A stretch of DNA of 63,057 nt from an uncultured bacterium (GTDB lineage: Bacteria > Patescibacteriota > Minisyncoccia > Phycocordibacterales > UBA918): positions 1 to 63,057 of the forward strand of contig CATMPJ010000003.1 of the NCBI GenBank assembly GCA_950073265.1. Direction: 5' to 3'. Positions within the stretch are counted from its first letter, which is position 1; every line of letters begins with the position of its first letter. The position numbers and the translations under genes were made by a program. The notes under the pieces were generated by a model. It did no database searches. It saw only the letters and a program-made list of their open reading frames with translations, and was not told the origin of the DNA. Positions 1 through 9,030 of the stretch are shown piece after piece.

Positions 1-737
1 GTTAGTTCGTGTCCTTTTTTATTCAAATTACCAATCTCCTTTAAAAACTTTTGATAACTAATACCAAAAGTTTGTATTTGCTTACAAGCTTGATACACAT
101 ACTTTTGGATATTATTATTTTTTGAAAGAATATCTCTTTCACATTTATTAATATCTATTCCAGATGCAGCACACTCTTTAATTCTTTGAGGCGTTCTAAA
201 GAATGCTTCAAGGGTTATGTCTTCAATACTAGGCATCTTATCTAAGTCTTCACCAGAAAGCTTTTGATACAGCGCTGATCTTCTAAAGTAGAAAAGTCCT
301 ATAGCTAAAATTACCGCTCCTCCGAATGGTGGAAATAAGTAAAATATGAAATTCAAAATGTTGTATCCAAAAGATAAGATGTGATTCACCATGTTCACGG
401 TAGTAGGAATAATGATGAAAAACATTAATCCTACTAGGACTACCCAGACTATCTTTTTAGCTTCTTGAAATGATCTCCGGTCTCCACTTATGTAATACAG
501 GACTTGATAGAACTTGAGCTTATATAGCAATGCACCCAACGTAACAAAAGTGAGTGCACTATACAGTAGCCTATTGAACATAGACGGTTCTGGCACAGGC
601 GTGATAGTTTGCCACTGGTAACCCTGACCCAAGAAGAAATGCCACACAGAGACAGAGAACAAAAACAACAAAGCAAAGACAGTTGTATTAAATGTCTCCT
701 TAAAAAATTTCTTAATCTCTTTTTGGTACCACTTCAC
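1..737 (-). CDS. Hypothetical multi-pass membrane protein; C-terminus runs off the left edge
   Basis: I checked this minus-strand frame triplet by triplet. It has no stop from 737 down to base 1 (245 codons in AT-rich DNA). It is missing from the ORF track because it has no in-window stop. Possible starts are GTG at 737 (3 nt after the upstream stop at 740), TTG at 752 and the first ATG at 581. Hydrophobic segments include VFALLFLFSVSVW, IVWVVLVGLMFFIIIP and GGAVILAIGLFYF. Confidence 0.6.
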   Translation of the reverse strand, partial: MKWYQKEIKKFFKETFNTTVFALLFLFSVSVWHFFLGQGYQWQTITPVPEPSMFNRLLYSALTFVTLGALLYKLKFYQVLYYISGDRRSFQEAKKIVWVVLVGLMFFIIIPTTVNMVNHILSFGYNILNFIFYLFPPFGGAVILAIGLFYFRRSALYQKLSGEDLDKMPSIEDITLEAFFRTPQRIKECAASGIDINKCERDILSKNNNIQKYVYQACKQIQTFGISYQKFLKEIGNLNKKGHEL

Positions 738-739
738 AG

Positions 740-2541
740 TTAAACTAAGCAAACCTTAAAACTATCTCCTTCTTTTATAACCCTAAGAGCATCTCTCGTA
801 CTTAGTACCTCAAATTTAGCGATATTTGAATTAGTATCTACAAGCGCCTCTGTACTAGCAACTCCTGCAATAGCTAACATGTAAATACGCTCACGATCTC
901 TAAAGAGAGAAATGAACTGAGCTTCTGTTATCCCATGTAGTCGATTAGGACAAACCGTAGTAGGACGATTACCAAGCTTTGAATATAACTCTTTTAATTT
1001 TTTTGGGTTGTCGCCAGCCAAAGAACTCTCAATCATTTTTGCAGAGTTTCTTATTTGGGAACACGATTCTCGCGCCTTGCCACCAAAACCTTTTTTGACT
1101 TGAATTATGTAAACTTTTCCTGCCTCTCCAATATAAAGCAAATCAAAGTACTCGATACCATCAAGGATAATTCTATCGCCAACAATGAAATTTGGATTAT
1201 TACAATAACTGTCATTGTAAGGACCTTCTTTTCCACTCACCCAAGCATTCATTTCTATATCAGACCTTTTTTTAATGCGATCATCAGCATTTAGATAAGT
1301 ATCAAAATCATTTTGTAATACAACTAAAAAGTTATCTTTGACCAAGTACCATTGTCTATCTACCAAAAAATATGTTTTCTCCTCATACTGCACTTCACCA
1401 TGAAGGTGTGCATAAATTTTTCCACCTGTGTTTTGAAACAATTCATCATGAGTAGTCTCAATAAATACTTGCTCTATATGCTCTGTAAAAGCTTCTAATG
1501 ACTCTAAAACTTCAGGATGATTAGCTCTAAAGTGTTCAATTGTTAAATCAATAACGTCCTCGGTCTCAGGTAGTGTGTCCAACTCAGCAAAGAAAGTATT
1601 TTTGTAGCGAATTTTATACGTATTTGCTCCAAAATAATCATCGTAATTCACATTACACAAATCATAATCAAGCTCAACATCAGGATTCGCTACTCTCTCA
1701 TAAATAGTCTCATAAACTTTTTGCTTTAGATTATTTTCGATTGTGTACCCTTTAACCAACATTACAGAATCAAGAAAAGCAAAAGCTGCTTCGGTTTCCT
1801 CATCAACAGTTTGGGCGAGGTATTCTTTTATTCTTGTAATTAGTTTCAGTACGTCTTCAAAACCAATACGCTTCTTAATTTTGAATGAACTCTTGATTTC
1901 AACCCCAACCCTCTTTTTAGTGCCAAGCATTGAAGCCATATCTGGGTCGTCCCACACATCTTCCCTAATTGAGGCAAGTAAATCCTTTTCCATACCTGCC
2001 CGAATGATTCTGTAGCGCTCACAGCTGAGTAACCACGATAATAATGATCTCTTGCATATAGATCACCAGTCACACTTCGACTCTTTGCTTGCTTAATTTT
2101 TTCAGGATCAGTAATACGCTTCATTAGCTCAATGGGAAATGTCACGTCTATAAATTCTGTGATTGCATGATTTGCAGAACCTCCTGTAAAGCAAAATAAA
2201 TCTCCGTCTGAATCATGAACAAACACAATAAAATCATGGTTTCTGTTGTAGAGAGTTGGAACGTCATCAAATGCTTTATTTAGAAAACTCTGCCAAGCGT
2301 TAGGGTTTCCTCGTTCATGTCTATACGCTGTAACAGAAACTCCTTCATCTAGAGTAATCAGTTCGGACAATTCCATTGAGGTGAGAGAGAAACCTTCATC
2401 TTTTTTTCTTTTCTTCTGAGTGTACAAATCGATAATACGCCCAATCACTTCTACATTGGAGTTTGTCTCACGAAGTTCCTCGTGATCAGTATTTAGCTTG
2501 TACAAGCCTATTGTGTTCTTTTCAGCCATATTTCTATACAA
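740..2541 (-). pseudogene. TIGR04141/DUF6119-like protein split by a frameshift (N-part 1846..2541, C-part 740..1993)
   Basis: Two same-strand ORFs overlap by 148 nt in different frames. The tail of the N-part (GQVWKRIYLPQLGKMCGTTQIW...) looks out of frame, while the C-part frame is already open upstream of its ATG, so the shift is near 1990-2010. The C-part has a nuclease-like segment, FDLLYIGEAGKVYIIQVKKG...SCSQIRNSAKMI. The family assignment is from memory of the TIGR04141 pattern (hvK....S..lSHl..Q..S) and was not searched. Confidence 0.45.
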
Positions 2542-2611
2542 TTTAGTATAAACCTATCGAAAATAAACACAATAAATCGGCATGTCAGCTAAAATACTAT
2601 AAAATAACGTT

Positions 2612-3013
2612 ATGCAAAAGATAATCACCCATTCACCAACCAGACAACCTAGAGATGGTGATGTAGTTATCCAAGTGACCGACATGTCTGTACATACTAG
2701 GGATTTTTCTGCCACGCCGTCAGTTGGGAAAAAGATTGTACGAGCGATGGATAAAAAAGAAGCTACTCGAGTATATGTTCAATCAACAGGTGATTTAAAG
2801 AAGGACAAGGAAACTATCAACGACAAAATTGAGAATGATCCAGAGCTTGTAAAACTGGTTCGAGAAACAGAAGCTAGTGGAGGGAAAGTTTTCTTTGCCT
2901 TCCCTAAAGGCGGCGCGCCCACCAAACTCGGTAATGATGCTGAACAATTTATGAAGAGTAAGAACGGTAAGCGTATATTACGCGGACTTGCCAAAGATAA
3001 ACCAGCAGAGTAA
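2612..3013 (+). CDS. Hypothetical protein (133 aa)
   Basis: Clean ORF at the head of the rightward methylase/terminase gene string. No motif recognised. Confidence 0.5.
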   Translation: MQKIITHSPTRQPRDGDVVIQVTDMSVHTRDFSATPSVGKKIVRAMDKKEATRVYVQSTGDLKKDKETINDKIENDPELVKLVRETEASGGKVFFAFPKGGAPTKLGNDAEQFMKSKNGKRILRGLAKDKPAE

Positions 3014-3178
3014 TATTGTTAGTAACAAATATTGCGTAGTAACAAGTAGAGTAACGCACCGCCTCATCGCTATGCCTACTCCGCGCAAGAAATAGATAGC
3101 TCACCAGCTTTTTATTTCGTGTGTGGATGTAGGTTTTTTCTATACCCATACATTTTATTTACGTAAGTATTAAATAAA

Positions 3179-4459
3179 ATGAAGAAGCTAATTTGGCGTA
3201 CTGAAGTACGCACCGTAGACGAACTTATCCCTCAGACGATTAACCCTCGTACTATTTCGGACAAACAAATGTCTGACCTTAAGAAGAGTCTGAAGAAATT
3301 TGGACTAGCTGAGATACCAGCAGTAGACGCTAACGGCGAGATACTTGCAGGACATCAGCGTGTGAAAGCCCTCAAGTTACTGGGTCGAGGTAGTGAAGAA
3401 ATTGATGTACGCATTCCTAATCGAAAGCTCACCAAAACAGAAGCTGACCAGTACCTGATTTCTTCCAACAAACTGGGTGGCGATTGGGATCTCGAAGCGT
3501 TAAAAAGCTTTGACCTAGACCTTCTTACAGAATCAGGGTTTGAAGATATCGAACTAGCAGATTTCTGGGATAAAGACCTAACTGCTGAAGATGATGATTT
3601 CGATGAGGAAAAAGAAATTGAAGAAGCAAAGACCACTGACATTCAATCGGGTGACTTACTCATCCTTGGTAAACACAAACTGCTCTGTTCAGATTGCACT
3701 GACAATAACGCACTCAAATCTCTCTTTGGTGACGAACGTACCAGCATGATCTATTCAGACCCTCCATACAACATCAAACTTGATTACGACAAAGGTGTAG
3801 GTAATAAAGCCAACTATGGTGGCGATGTCGACGACAATAAAAGCTCTGAGCAATACAAAGTATTCATTAGACAGACACTTGAAGCTGGTCTAGCAGTATC
3901 AACTAAAGATACTCACGTATTTTATTGGGCTGATGAAGCTTGGGTTTGGATTTTTCAGACACTCTACAACGAACTCGGTATAAAGAATCGTAGGTTGAAT
4001 ATATGGTTGAAAAATTCGGCCAGCCCGACTCCAACTGTCGCCTTCTCGAAAGTACTTGAATTCTGTGTGTATGGCACAGTCAATTCACCCTACCTGTCGA
4101 AATTAGTTCTAGACGCTACAGAGATGATGAATAAAGAACTCGGTACAGGAAATCAACTGCTAGAAGACGTACAAAATGTTTGGGCCGCCAAACGTTTGAG
4201 CACATCGCAGTACGAACACCCAACATCAAAACCACCGTCACTCCACGAGAAAGCAATCAAACGTTGTACCAAGCCAAATGACATCATTCTCGATTCGTTT
4301 GCTGGTTCTGGAAGTACTCTGATTGCAGCTGAGTCACTAAACCGACGAGTATATACCATTGAACAAAATCCAATCTTTTGTGAAGTAGTTCGCCGACGGT
4401 ATGAAAAGTTGACTGGGAAGAAAGTAAAAGTAATCAAAGGATTCTATGAAAAAGGATAG
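3179..4459 (+). CDS. ParB-like nuclease domain fused to a beta-class N6A/N4C DNA methyltransferase (orphan, phage-type)
   Basis: The N-terminus resembles ParB/Srx (LAEIPAVDANGEILAGHQRVKALKLLG). Motif IV is SDPPYNI and it precedes motif I, DSFAGSGSTLIAA. Confidence 0.85.
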   Translation: MKKLIWRTEVRTVDELIPQTINPRTISDKQMSDLKKSLKKFGLAEIPAVDANGEILAGHQRVKALKLLGRGSEEIDVRIPNRKLTKTEADQYLISSNKLGGDWDLEALKSFDLDLLTESGFEDIELADFWDKDLTAEDDDFDEEKEIEEAKTTDIQSGDLLILGKHKLLCSDCTDNNALKSLFGDERTSMIYSDPPYNIKLDYDKGVGNKANYGGDVDDNKSSEQYKVFIRQTLEAGLAVSTKDTHVFYWADEAWVWIFQTLYNELGIKNRRLNIWLKNSASPTPTVAFSKVLEFCVYGTVNSPYLSKLVLDATEMMNKELGTGNQLLEDVQNVWAAKRLSTSQYEHPTSKPPSLHEKAIKRCTKPNDIILDSFAGSGSTLIAAESLNRRVYTIEQNPIFCEVVRRRYEKLTGKKVKVIKGFYEKG

Positions 4460-4832
4460 TCATGCTCCGAGGTTCTTAGACGAACTTCGCAAAGTACCAA
4501 TCGTTCAGGTGGCGTGCGAGAAATCAGGAATCTCACGTAACACCGTTTATCGTTGGTTAAAAGAAGATAAAGAGTTTGCTAAAGAGTACGCCGAAGCAGA
4601 AACGGCTGGTATTGAGTTCGTGAACGACATGAGCGAAAGTCAGTTACTGCAACTAATCAAAGATAGAAAGTTCTCAGCCATTCGCCTGTGGCTCACAAGC
4701 AACCACAAACGATTCGCCACAAAGCCACTGAAAAGACAAGGTGAGAAAAATACTGAACTATCAGATGATCAGAAAGACACCATCAAACAAGCGTTGGAAT
4801 ATGCCAACTTAATCAAACCTGATCATGAATAA
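4446..4832 (+). CDS. Terminase small-subunit-like HTH protein
   Basis: HTH segment ACEKSGISRNTVYRWLKEDKEF. The ORF overlaps the methylase stop and the terminase large-subunit start, the position typical of TerS. Confidence 0.55.
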   Translation: MKKDSHAPRFLDELRKVPIVQVACEKSGISRNTVYRWLKEDKEFAKEYAEAETAGIEFVNDMSESQLLQLIKDRKFSAIRLWLTSNHKRFATKPLKRQGEKNTELSDDQKDTIKQALEYANLIKPDHE

Positions 4833-6261
4833 CTTACCCCCAGAACTACTAGAAAGAATTGTTTCTGACCCCTTAGTGCGACGAGAAGTGACCGCCAGGA
4901 GTCACGGATACTTTATGCCCGTGTACTTTAGTGAATACTTAAAGCACCCTAGTGCGAAGTTTCATTCAGAGATGTTAGAAATTACTGAACGAACTGATTT
5001 GAAGTTAGGGGTAATAGTAGCTTTTCGTGGTTCTGCTAAATCTACTATCTTCTCTTTGTCGTACCCCATTTGGTCGATACTAGGTTCACAACAAAAGAAG
5101 TTCGTGTTGCTGATTTCTCGTACACAAACCCAAGCGAGGCAGCTACTACAGAACATCAAAGCTGAATTAGAGCGAAACGAACTACTGCAACAAGACCTTG
5201 GACCATTTGAGGAGCCACAAGACGAATGGCGAGCATCATCAATCGTACTATCAAAGTATGACGCTCGTATTACCGTATTGTCTGCCGACCAGAGTATGCG
5301 TGGACTTAGACACAAGAGTTATCGACCTGATTTAATTATCTGTGATGACATCGAGGACATGGGTTCTACTAAAACTCAAGAAGGTAGAGACAAAACCTTT
5401 AATTGGTTTACCAGTGAAATCATTCCCTCGGGAGACCTTGGAACAAAGATAATTTTGGTCGGTAACTTGGTACACGACGATTCACTTATCATGCGTCTAA
5501 AAGAGAAAATCGACTTTGGCGAAGTGAACGGTGTATTCAAAGCCTTTCCACTCATAGACAAATACGGTGACTGTTTATGGTCAGAAAAGTTCACTACTCC
5601 TGAGTCACTTATCGACTTAAAGAAAGAAGTCATGAGTGCCAAAGCGTGGGAGCGTGAATATCTTCTCCGAATGATTCCAGACGAAGGACAGATCATAGAT
5701 GCGCTATGGATACGTCACTATCACGATATTCCAGATGATATGCACCAGCTCGGCATCTATGTTGGTGTAGATCTCGCCATCTCGAAAAGCACCTACGCTG
5801 ACTACACAACAATGGTTCCTATCCTTGTTTGCGAAAAGGACAAAAAGTTGTACCTGTACATCTTGCCTGAAATTGTTCGTAAACGACTTAGCTTTCCTGA
5901 AACCTGTGCCGAGATAAAACTACTGGAATACAAACTTCGTTCTGAGTACTTACTTGACCCACTATTCTTTATCGAGAACGTCGCATATCAAGAAGCGGTT
6001 GTACAACAGCTTAAAGAAGATGGTGTAAATGTTGAAGGAGTTAGACCACAAGGAGACAAACGAGAACGTTTAAGTCTCACAGCCACGCCGTTAAGCGTGG
6101 GACAGATTTTCTTTCCCTTTGGTGAGTCATCAAAGCTAGAACAAGAACTCATCAACTTCGGTGTTGAGAAACATGACGACTTAGCTGATGCATTTTCGCT
6201 AGTAGTGCTTGAGGTACTGGTGAACCGTAAGCCTAAGAAGAGAGGAATACTATTTGGTTAG
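4825..6261 (+). CDS. terL: Phage terminase large subunit
   Basis: Walker A-like FRGSAKST and Walker B LIICDDIED. The C-terminal nuclease-domain acidic residues (VGVDLA..., HDDLADAF) are typical of the Terminase_6 family. Confidence 0.8.
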   Translation: MNNLPPELLERIVSDPLVRREVTARSHGYFMPVYFSEYLKHPSAKFHSEMLEITERTDLKLGVIVAFRGSAKSTIFSLSYPIWSILGSQQKKFVLLISRTQTQARQLLQNIKAELERNELLQQDLGPFEEPQDEWRASSIVLSKYDARITVLSADQSMRGLRHKSYRPDLIICDDIEDMGSTKTQEGRDKTFNWFTSEIIPSGDLGTKIILVGNLVHDDSLIMRLKEKIDFGEVNGVFKAFPLIDKYGDCLWSEKFTTPESLIDLKKEVMSAKAWEREYLLRMIPDEGQIIDALWIRHYHDIPDDMHQLGIYVGVDLAISKSTYADYTTMVPILVCEKDKKLYLYILPEIVRKRLSFPETCAEIKLLEYKLRSEYLLDPLFFIENVAYQEAVVQQLKEDGVNVEGVRPQGDKRERLSLTATPLSVGQIFFPFGESSKLEQELINFGVEKHDDLADAFSLVVLEVLVNRKPKKRGILFG

Positions 6262-6704
6262 TACGTACAGACCTTAACTACCTCACCAAACTGATAAATA
6301 AACACATCAGCGTCACGTACGTGATCTGGTGCGTTTTGTCTGAGATTATCTCCAATTACGTTGCAGTATGAAGTTGCAGCAACATCATTAATAGCGACTT
6401 CAGTATCAACTGTGATGCGAATTAGAATCCCGTCATCATTGTTTGCCAACTGAGTATCTAACCAGCGACCTTCTGCGTATTCATCCAGTCCAGCTTGAAT
6501 TGCTGACATATTTGCTGGTTGCTTTGGAGTACTGTTTTCAGATGGTGACATGACTATTGAAGCTACGATACCAACGAAGATAATAGCCACTAATGCACCT
6601 CCTGCACCAATACCTTGCTTGGCTCGACAGTTTGGACAACGTCGAGCTTTCTTTGGAATGTCTGACTGACATTCTCTACACTTCTTTGTTTGTTCTGTAT
6701 TCAT
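6258..6704 (-). CDS. Zinc-ribbon membrane-anchored protein
   Basis: N-terminal CRECQ...CPNCRAK zinc ribbon, one TM helix (GGALVAIIFVGIVASIVM) and an extracytoplasmic domain. It is convergent with terL and overlaps it by 4 nt. Confidence 0.6.
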   Translation of the reverse strand: MNTEQTKKCRECQSDIPKKARRCPNCRAKQGIGAGGALVAIIFVGIVASIVMSPSENSTPKQPANMSAIQAGLDEYAEGRWLDTQLANNDDGILIRITVDTEVAINDVAATSYCNVIGDNLRQNAPDHVRDADVFIYQFGEVVKVCTY

Positions 6705-6880
6705 AAATCTAGCGGGATTTAGTTATTAAGTACTGGGATACCAAAAGGCTCCCAGCCATTGCGATTCAACCTTTCGGTCAAACCCATACCTGTTTCCAGA
6801 TATGACCCGCTAGAGTGACTCTGACTGGGAGTCCTTTGATCTCTAGCGGGTTTTACGACCATATCCTCTTGCGAGGGGTT
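6705..6880 (-). promoter_or_regulatory. Candidate structured cis-regulatory leader RNA upstream of the zinc-ribbon gene
   Basis: On the minus strand there are two GNRA hairpins: CCUC-GCAA-GAGG (6865-6876) and ACC-GAAA-GGU (6769-6778). A 10-nt element, CCCGCUAGAG (6841-6850), pairs perfectly with CUCUAGCGGG (6806-6815). That second element can instead pair over 9 bp with UCCCGCUAGA (6708-6717), which lies 3 nt upstream of the AUG. A second competing set also exists: CUGGGAG (6749-6755) can pair with 6825-6831 or with 6733-6738. Confidence 0.35.
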
Positions 6881-7027
6881 AGGCCTTTGTTGTGATGAAC
6901 ATAATAGCAAATTACTGCCATTAATAACAATTGTATCGCTAAAGTGTTGTTTTGCTAAGCGAGTATGTAACGCTTTAACTATCCTGCATAGCTATACACC
7001 ACTGATGGTTCTGTCATTAATATATAC

Positions 7028-8320
7028 ATGATAGAAGGAGTAACTGAGGAGAAATTAAAGTACTGTCTTTATGCAAGAAAAAGTACCGAGAGTGACGAAC
7101 GACAAGCATTATCTATTGAGTCACAAGTAAATGAAATGCTTCAGATTGCTGAGCGTGAAAATATAGAAGTAGTTGATATCAGACGAGAATCAAAGTCTGC
7201 TAAGGATTCTGGGAATAGACCCGTGTTTAAAGAGTTACTAGGAGACGTAAAGCAAGAGAAATTTAATGCCATCCTGACATGGGCACCAGATAGATTGAGC
7301 AGAAACGCTGGAGACCTTGGTTCGGTAGTTGATCTAATGGATGAACAAAAATTACACTCAATACGGACGTATGGACAGACATTTAGTAACTCACCTAATG
7401 AAAAGTTTTTATTGATGATTTTATGTTCTCAGGCAAAACTTGAGAATGACAATAGAGGTATCAATGTAAAGCGAGGACTAAGAGCAAGGTGTGAACTTGG
7501 GTTATGGCCTACTAACGCAGCTACTGGTTACATAAAAGAACGCAGACTAGATAGGAAGAATGAATGTCTTATCGATCCAGACAGAGCACCAGTCATTAAA
7601 CAGATGTTTGAGAAAGTTGCTTACGAAAAATGGTCCGGCAGAAAACTCTATCACTGGCTAAAGTTTGAACTCAATTTTAGAACTCATGCTGGAAAGAAAC
7701 ACTTAAGTCTCGGAAACATTTATAAAATCCTCGACAACACGTTTTATTACGGAAGTTTTGAATACCCTAAAGGGAGTGGTCAGTGGTATCAGGGAAAACA
7801 CGAACCTATTGTAACTAAAGAGTTATATGACGAAGTACAGACACAACTTAAAGGCAACGAATTGAAGACACGGACGGATAAAGAATTTGCGTTCACTAAG
7901 CTCATGACTTGCGGCTTGTGTGGTTCAGGCATAAGTGCTGATGAAAAGTATAAGAAATTGAAGAATGGAAAGTTCAATACTCACATATATTACGGTTGCA
8001 CCAAAGCTAAGGATAAGAATTGCAAAAGTGGATACTTAAATGAAACTGAGCTAATAACACAACTGCAGGATTTAGTGGATACAATAAAATTAAAAGAAAA
8101 TACCGTGCTGATTAAACTAAAAGCTGAAGTAACTAGATTTAAGAAGTTTCAGTTAGCACTGTCAGGCAAAAGTACTGAAATCAAAGTATCGGATAAAGAT
8201 GTCAAAAATTATTTTAAGTTCGTTTTAAAAGATGGTGACATCAATGAAAAAAGAAGTCTATTTGAAAGCTTAGAAAGCAAATTAATACTAAAAAATAAAT
8301 TACTATCAATAGTAAAATGA
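7028..8320 (+). CDS. Large serine recombinase (integrase)
   Basis: Resolvase-type N-terminus YCLYARKSTESDERQALSIESQ, which should contain the catalytic Ser. This is followed by a recombinase domain and a zinc-ribbon (CGLCGSGI...YYGCTK). Confidence 0.9.
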   Translation: MIEGVTEEKLKYCLYARKSTESDERQALSIESQVNEMLQIAERENIEVVDIRRESKSAKDSGNRPVFKELLGDVKQEKFNAILTWAPDRLSRNAGDLGSVVDLMDEQKLHSIRTYGQTFSNSPNEKFLLMILCSQAKLENDNRGINVKRGLRARCELGLWPTNAATGYIKERRLDRKNECLIDPDRAPVIKQMFEKVAYEKWSGRKLYHWLKFELNFRTHAGKKHLSLGNIYKILDNTFYYGSFEYPKGSGQWYQGKHEPIVTKELYDEVQTQLKGNELKTRTDKEFAFTKLMTCGLCGSGISADEKYKKLKNGKFNTHIYYGCTKAKDKNCKSGYLNETELITQLQDLVDTIKLKENTVLIKLKAEVTRFKKFQLALSGKSTEIKVSDKDVKNYFKFVLKDGDINEKRSLFESLESKLILKNKLLSIVK

Positions 8321-8953
8321 CTATGAATTTTCTTGATACCATTTTTGTTGAGCGGCGGACATGGCTGGCTTTATTTTTCTTACTTCCCAGTCCTTCATAG
8401 CTAACAATTGATCTTTCTCTCTATTTCTTCTAATTGTCATTTTAAAATCTGTTTTGTTAAATGAAACGCCACTCTTTTTCATTCTCCATAATAGAAATAG
8501 CAGGTGTCTAGGTGAAAAGGCTCCTCTCTCTTGAAAGTACTCAATTGAATTATTTATGTCATCAAACTCTTTATCTTTTTGTGACAAATCTACTAAGCTA
8601 GTGATAACTCTTTTTGTTCTAGCGTTAGATATAAGTTTGCGTCTATCTTGGTGCACTTTTTTGGTAGTGGAAACTTGATCAAGTACATTACCTTCATCAT
8701 CAATTGCTGAAATTGAGAATCGTAATATACATTCAGATCCAATTAGCACAACTTCTTTAGTATGCTGATTTTTTATTTCAAATTGAAATCTAATTCCAGG
8801 ATGATCACACAATTCACAATCTTCCTCAGGGCGAGTAAGGTCATAGGTGTCTCCAGTATAAAACCACTCGCTCAATGCTTGGTTGAGGTCGGTTTTTTCT
8901 TTACTCAGAGGTAAGAGATTCTTTTTAACACTTTCTACCCATCTATTTGACAT
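8321..8953 (-). CDS. Hypothetical protein (210 aa) with a Cys/His cluster
   Basis: Its stop directly abuts the recombinase stop (8320/8321). A CELCDHPG...GSECILRF cluster may bind metal. No family recognised. Confidence 0.5.
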   Translation of the reverse strand: MSNRWVESVKKNLLPLSKEKTDLNQALSEWFYTGDTYDLTRPEEDCELCDHPGIRFQFEIKNQHTKEVVLIGSECILRFSISAIDDEGNVLDQVSTTKKVHQDRRKLISNARTKRVITSLVDLSQKDKEFDDINNSIEYFQERGAFSPRHLLFLLWRMKKSGVSFNKTDFKMTIRRNREKDQLLAMKDWEVRKIKPAMSAAQQKWYQENS

Positions 8954-8981
8954 AGACTATTTATACCACTTACACACAATA

Positions 8982-9010
8982 AGAAAACACCTGAAAATCA
9001 GGTGTTTTCT
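8982..9010 (-). terminator. Hairpin terminator after the multicopper oxidase operon
   Basis: agaaaacacctga-aaa-tcaggtgttttct forms a 13-bp stem. It lies just downstream of the stop at 9031 and is followed by a T-rich stretch on the minus strand. Confidence 0.7.
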
Positions 9011-9030
9011 TCTACAATCTCTCAGTGTGA

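Larger units (their letters stand above)
1..8953. mobile_element. Phage-like integrative element or remnant; left end is outside the window
   Basis: Hallmark genes are clustered here: ParB-methylase, TerS-like, TerL and a large serine recombinase. The region is visibly AT-richer than the metal genes to its right. It is followed by a strong hairpin at 8982-9010. No att sites were identified and no virion structural genes are present in the window. Confidence 0.5.

Noticed and set aside
6719-6910. 63-aa minus-strand ORF in the recombinase/zinc-ribbon intergenic region
   Set aside because: It coincides with the densely base-paired leader. It has no RBS and its composition is not protein-like.
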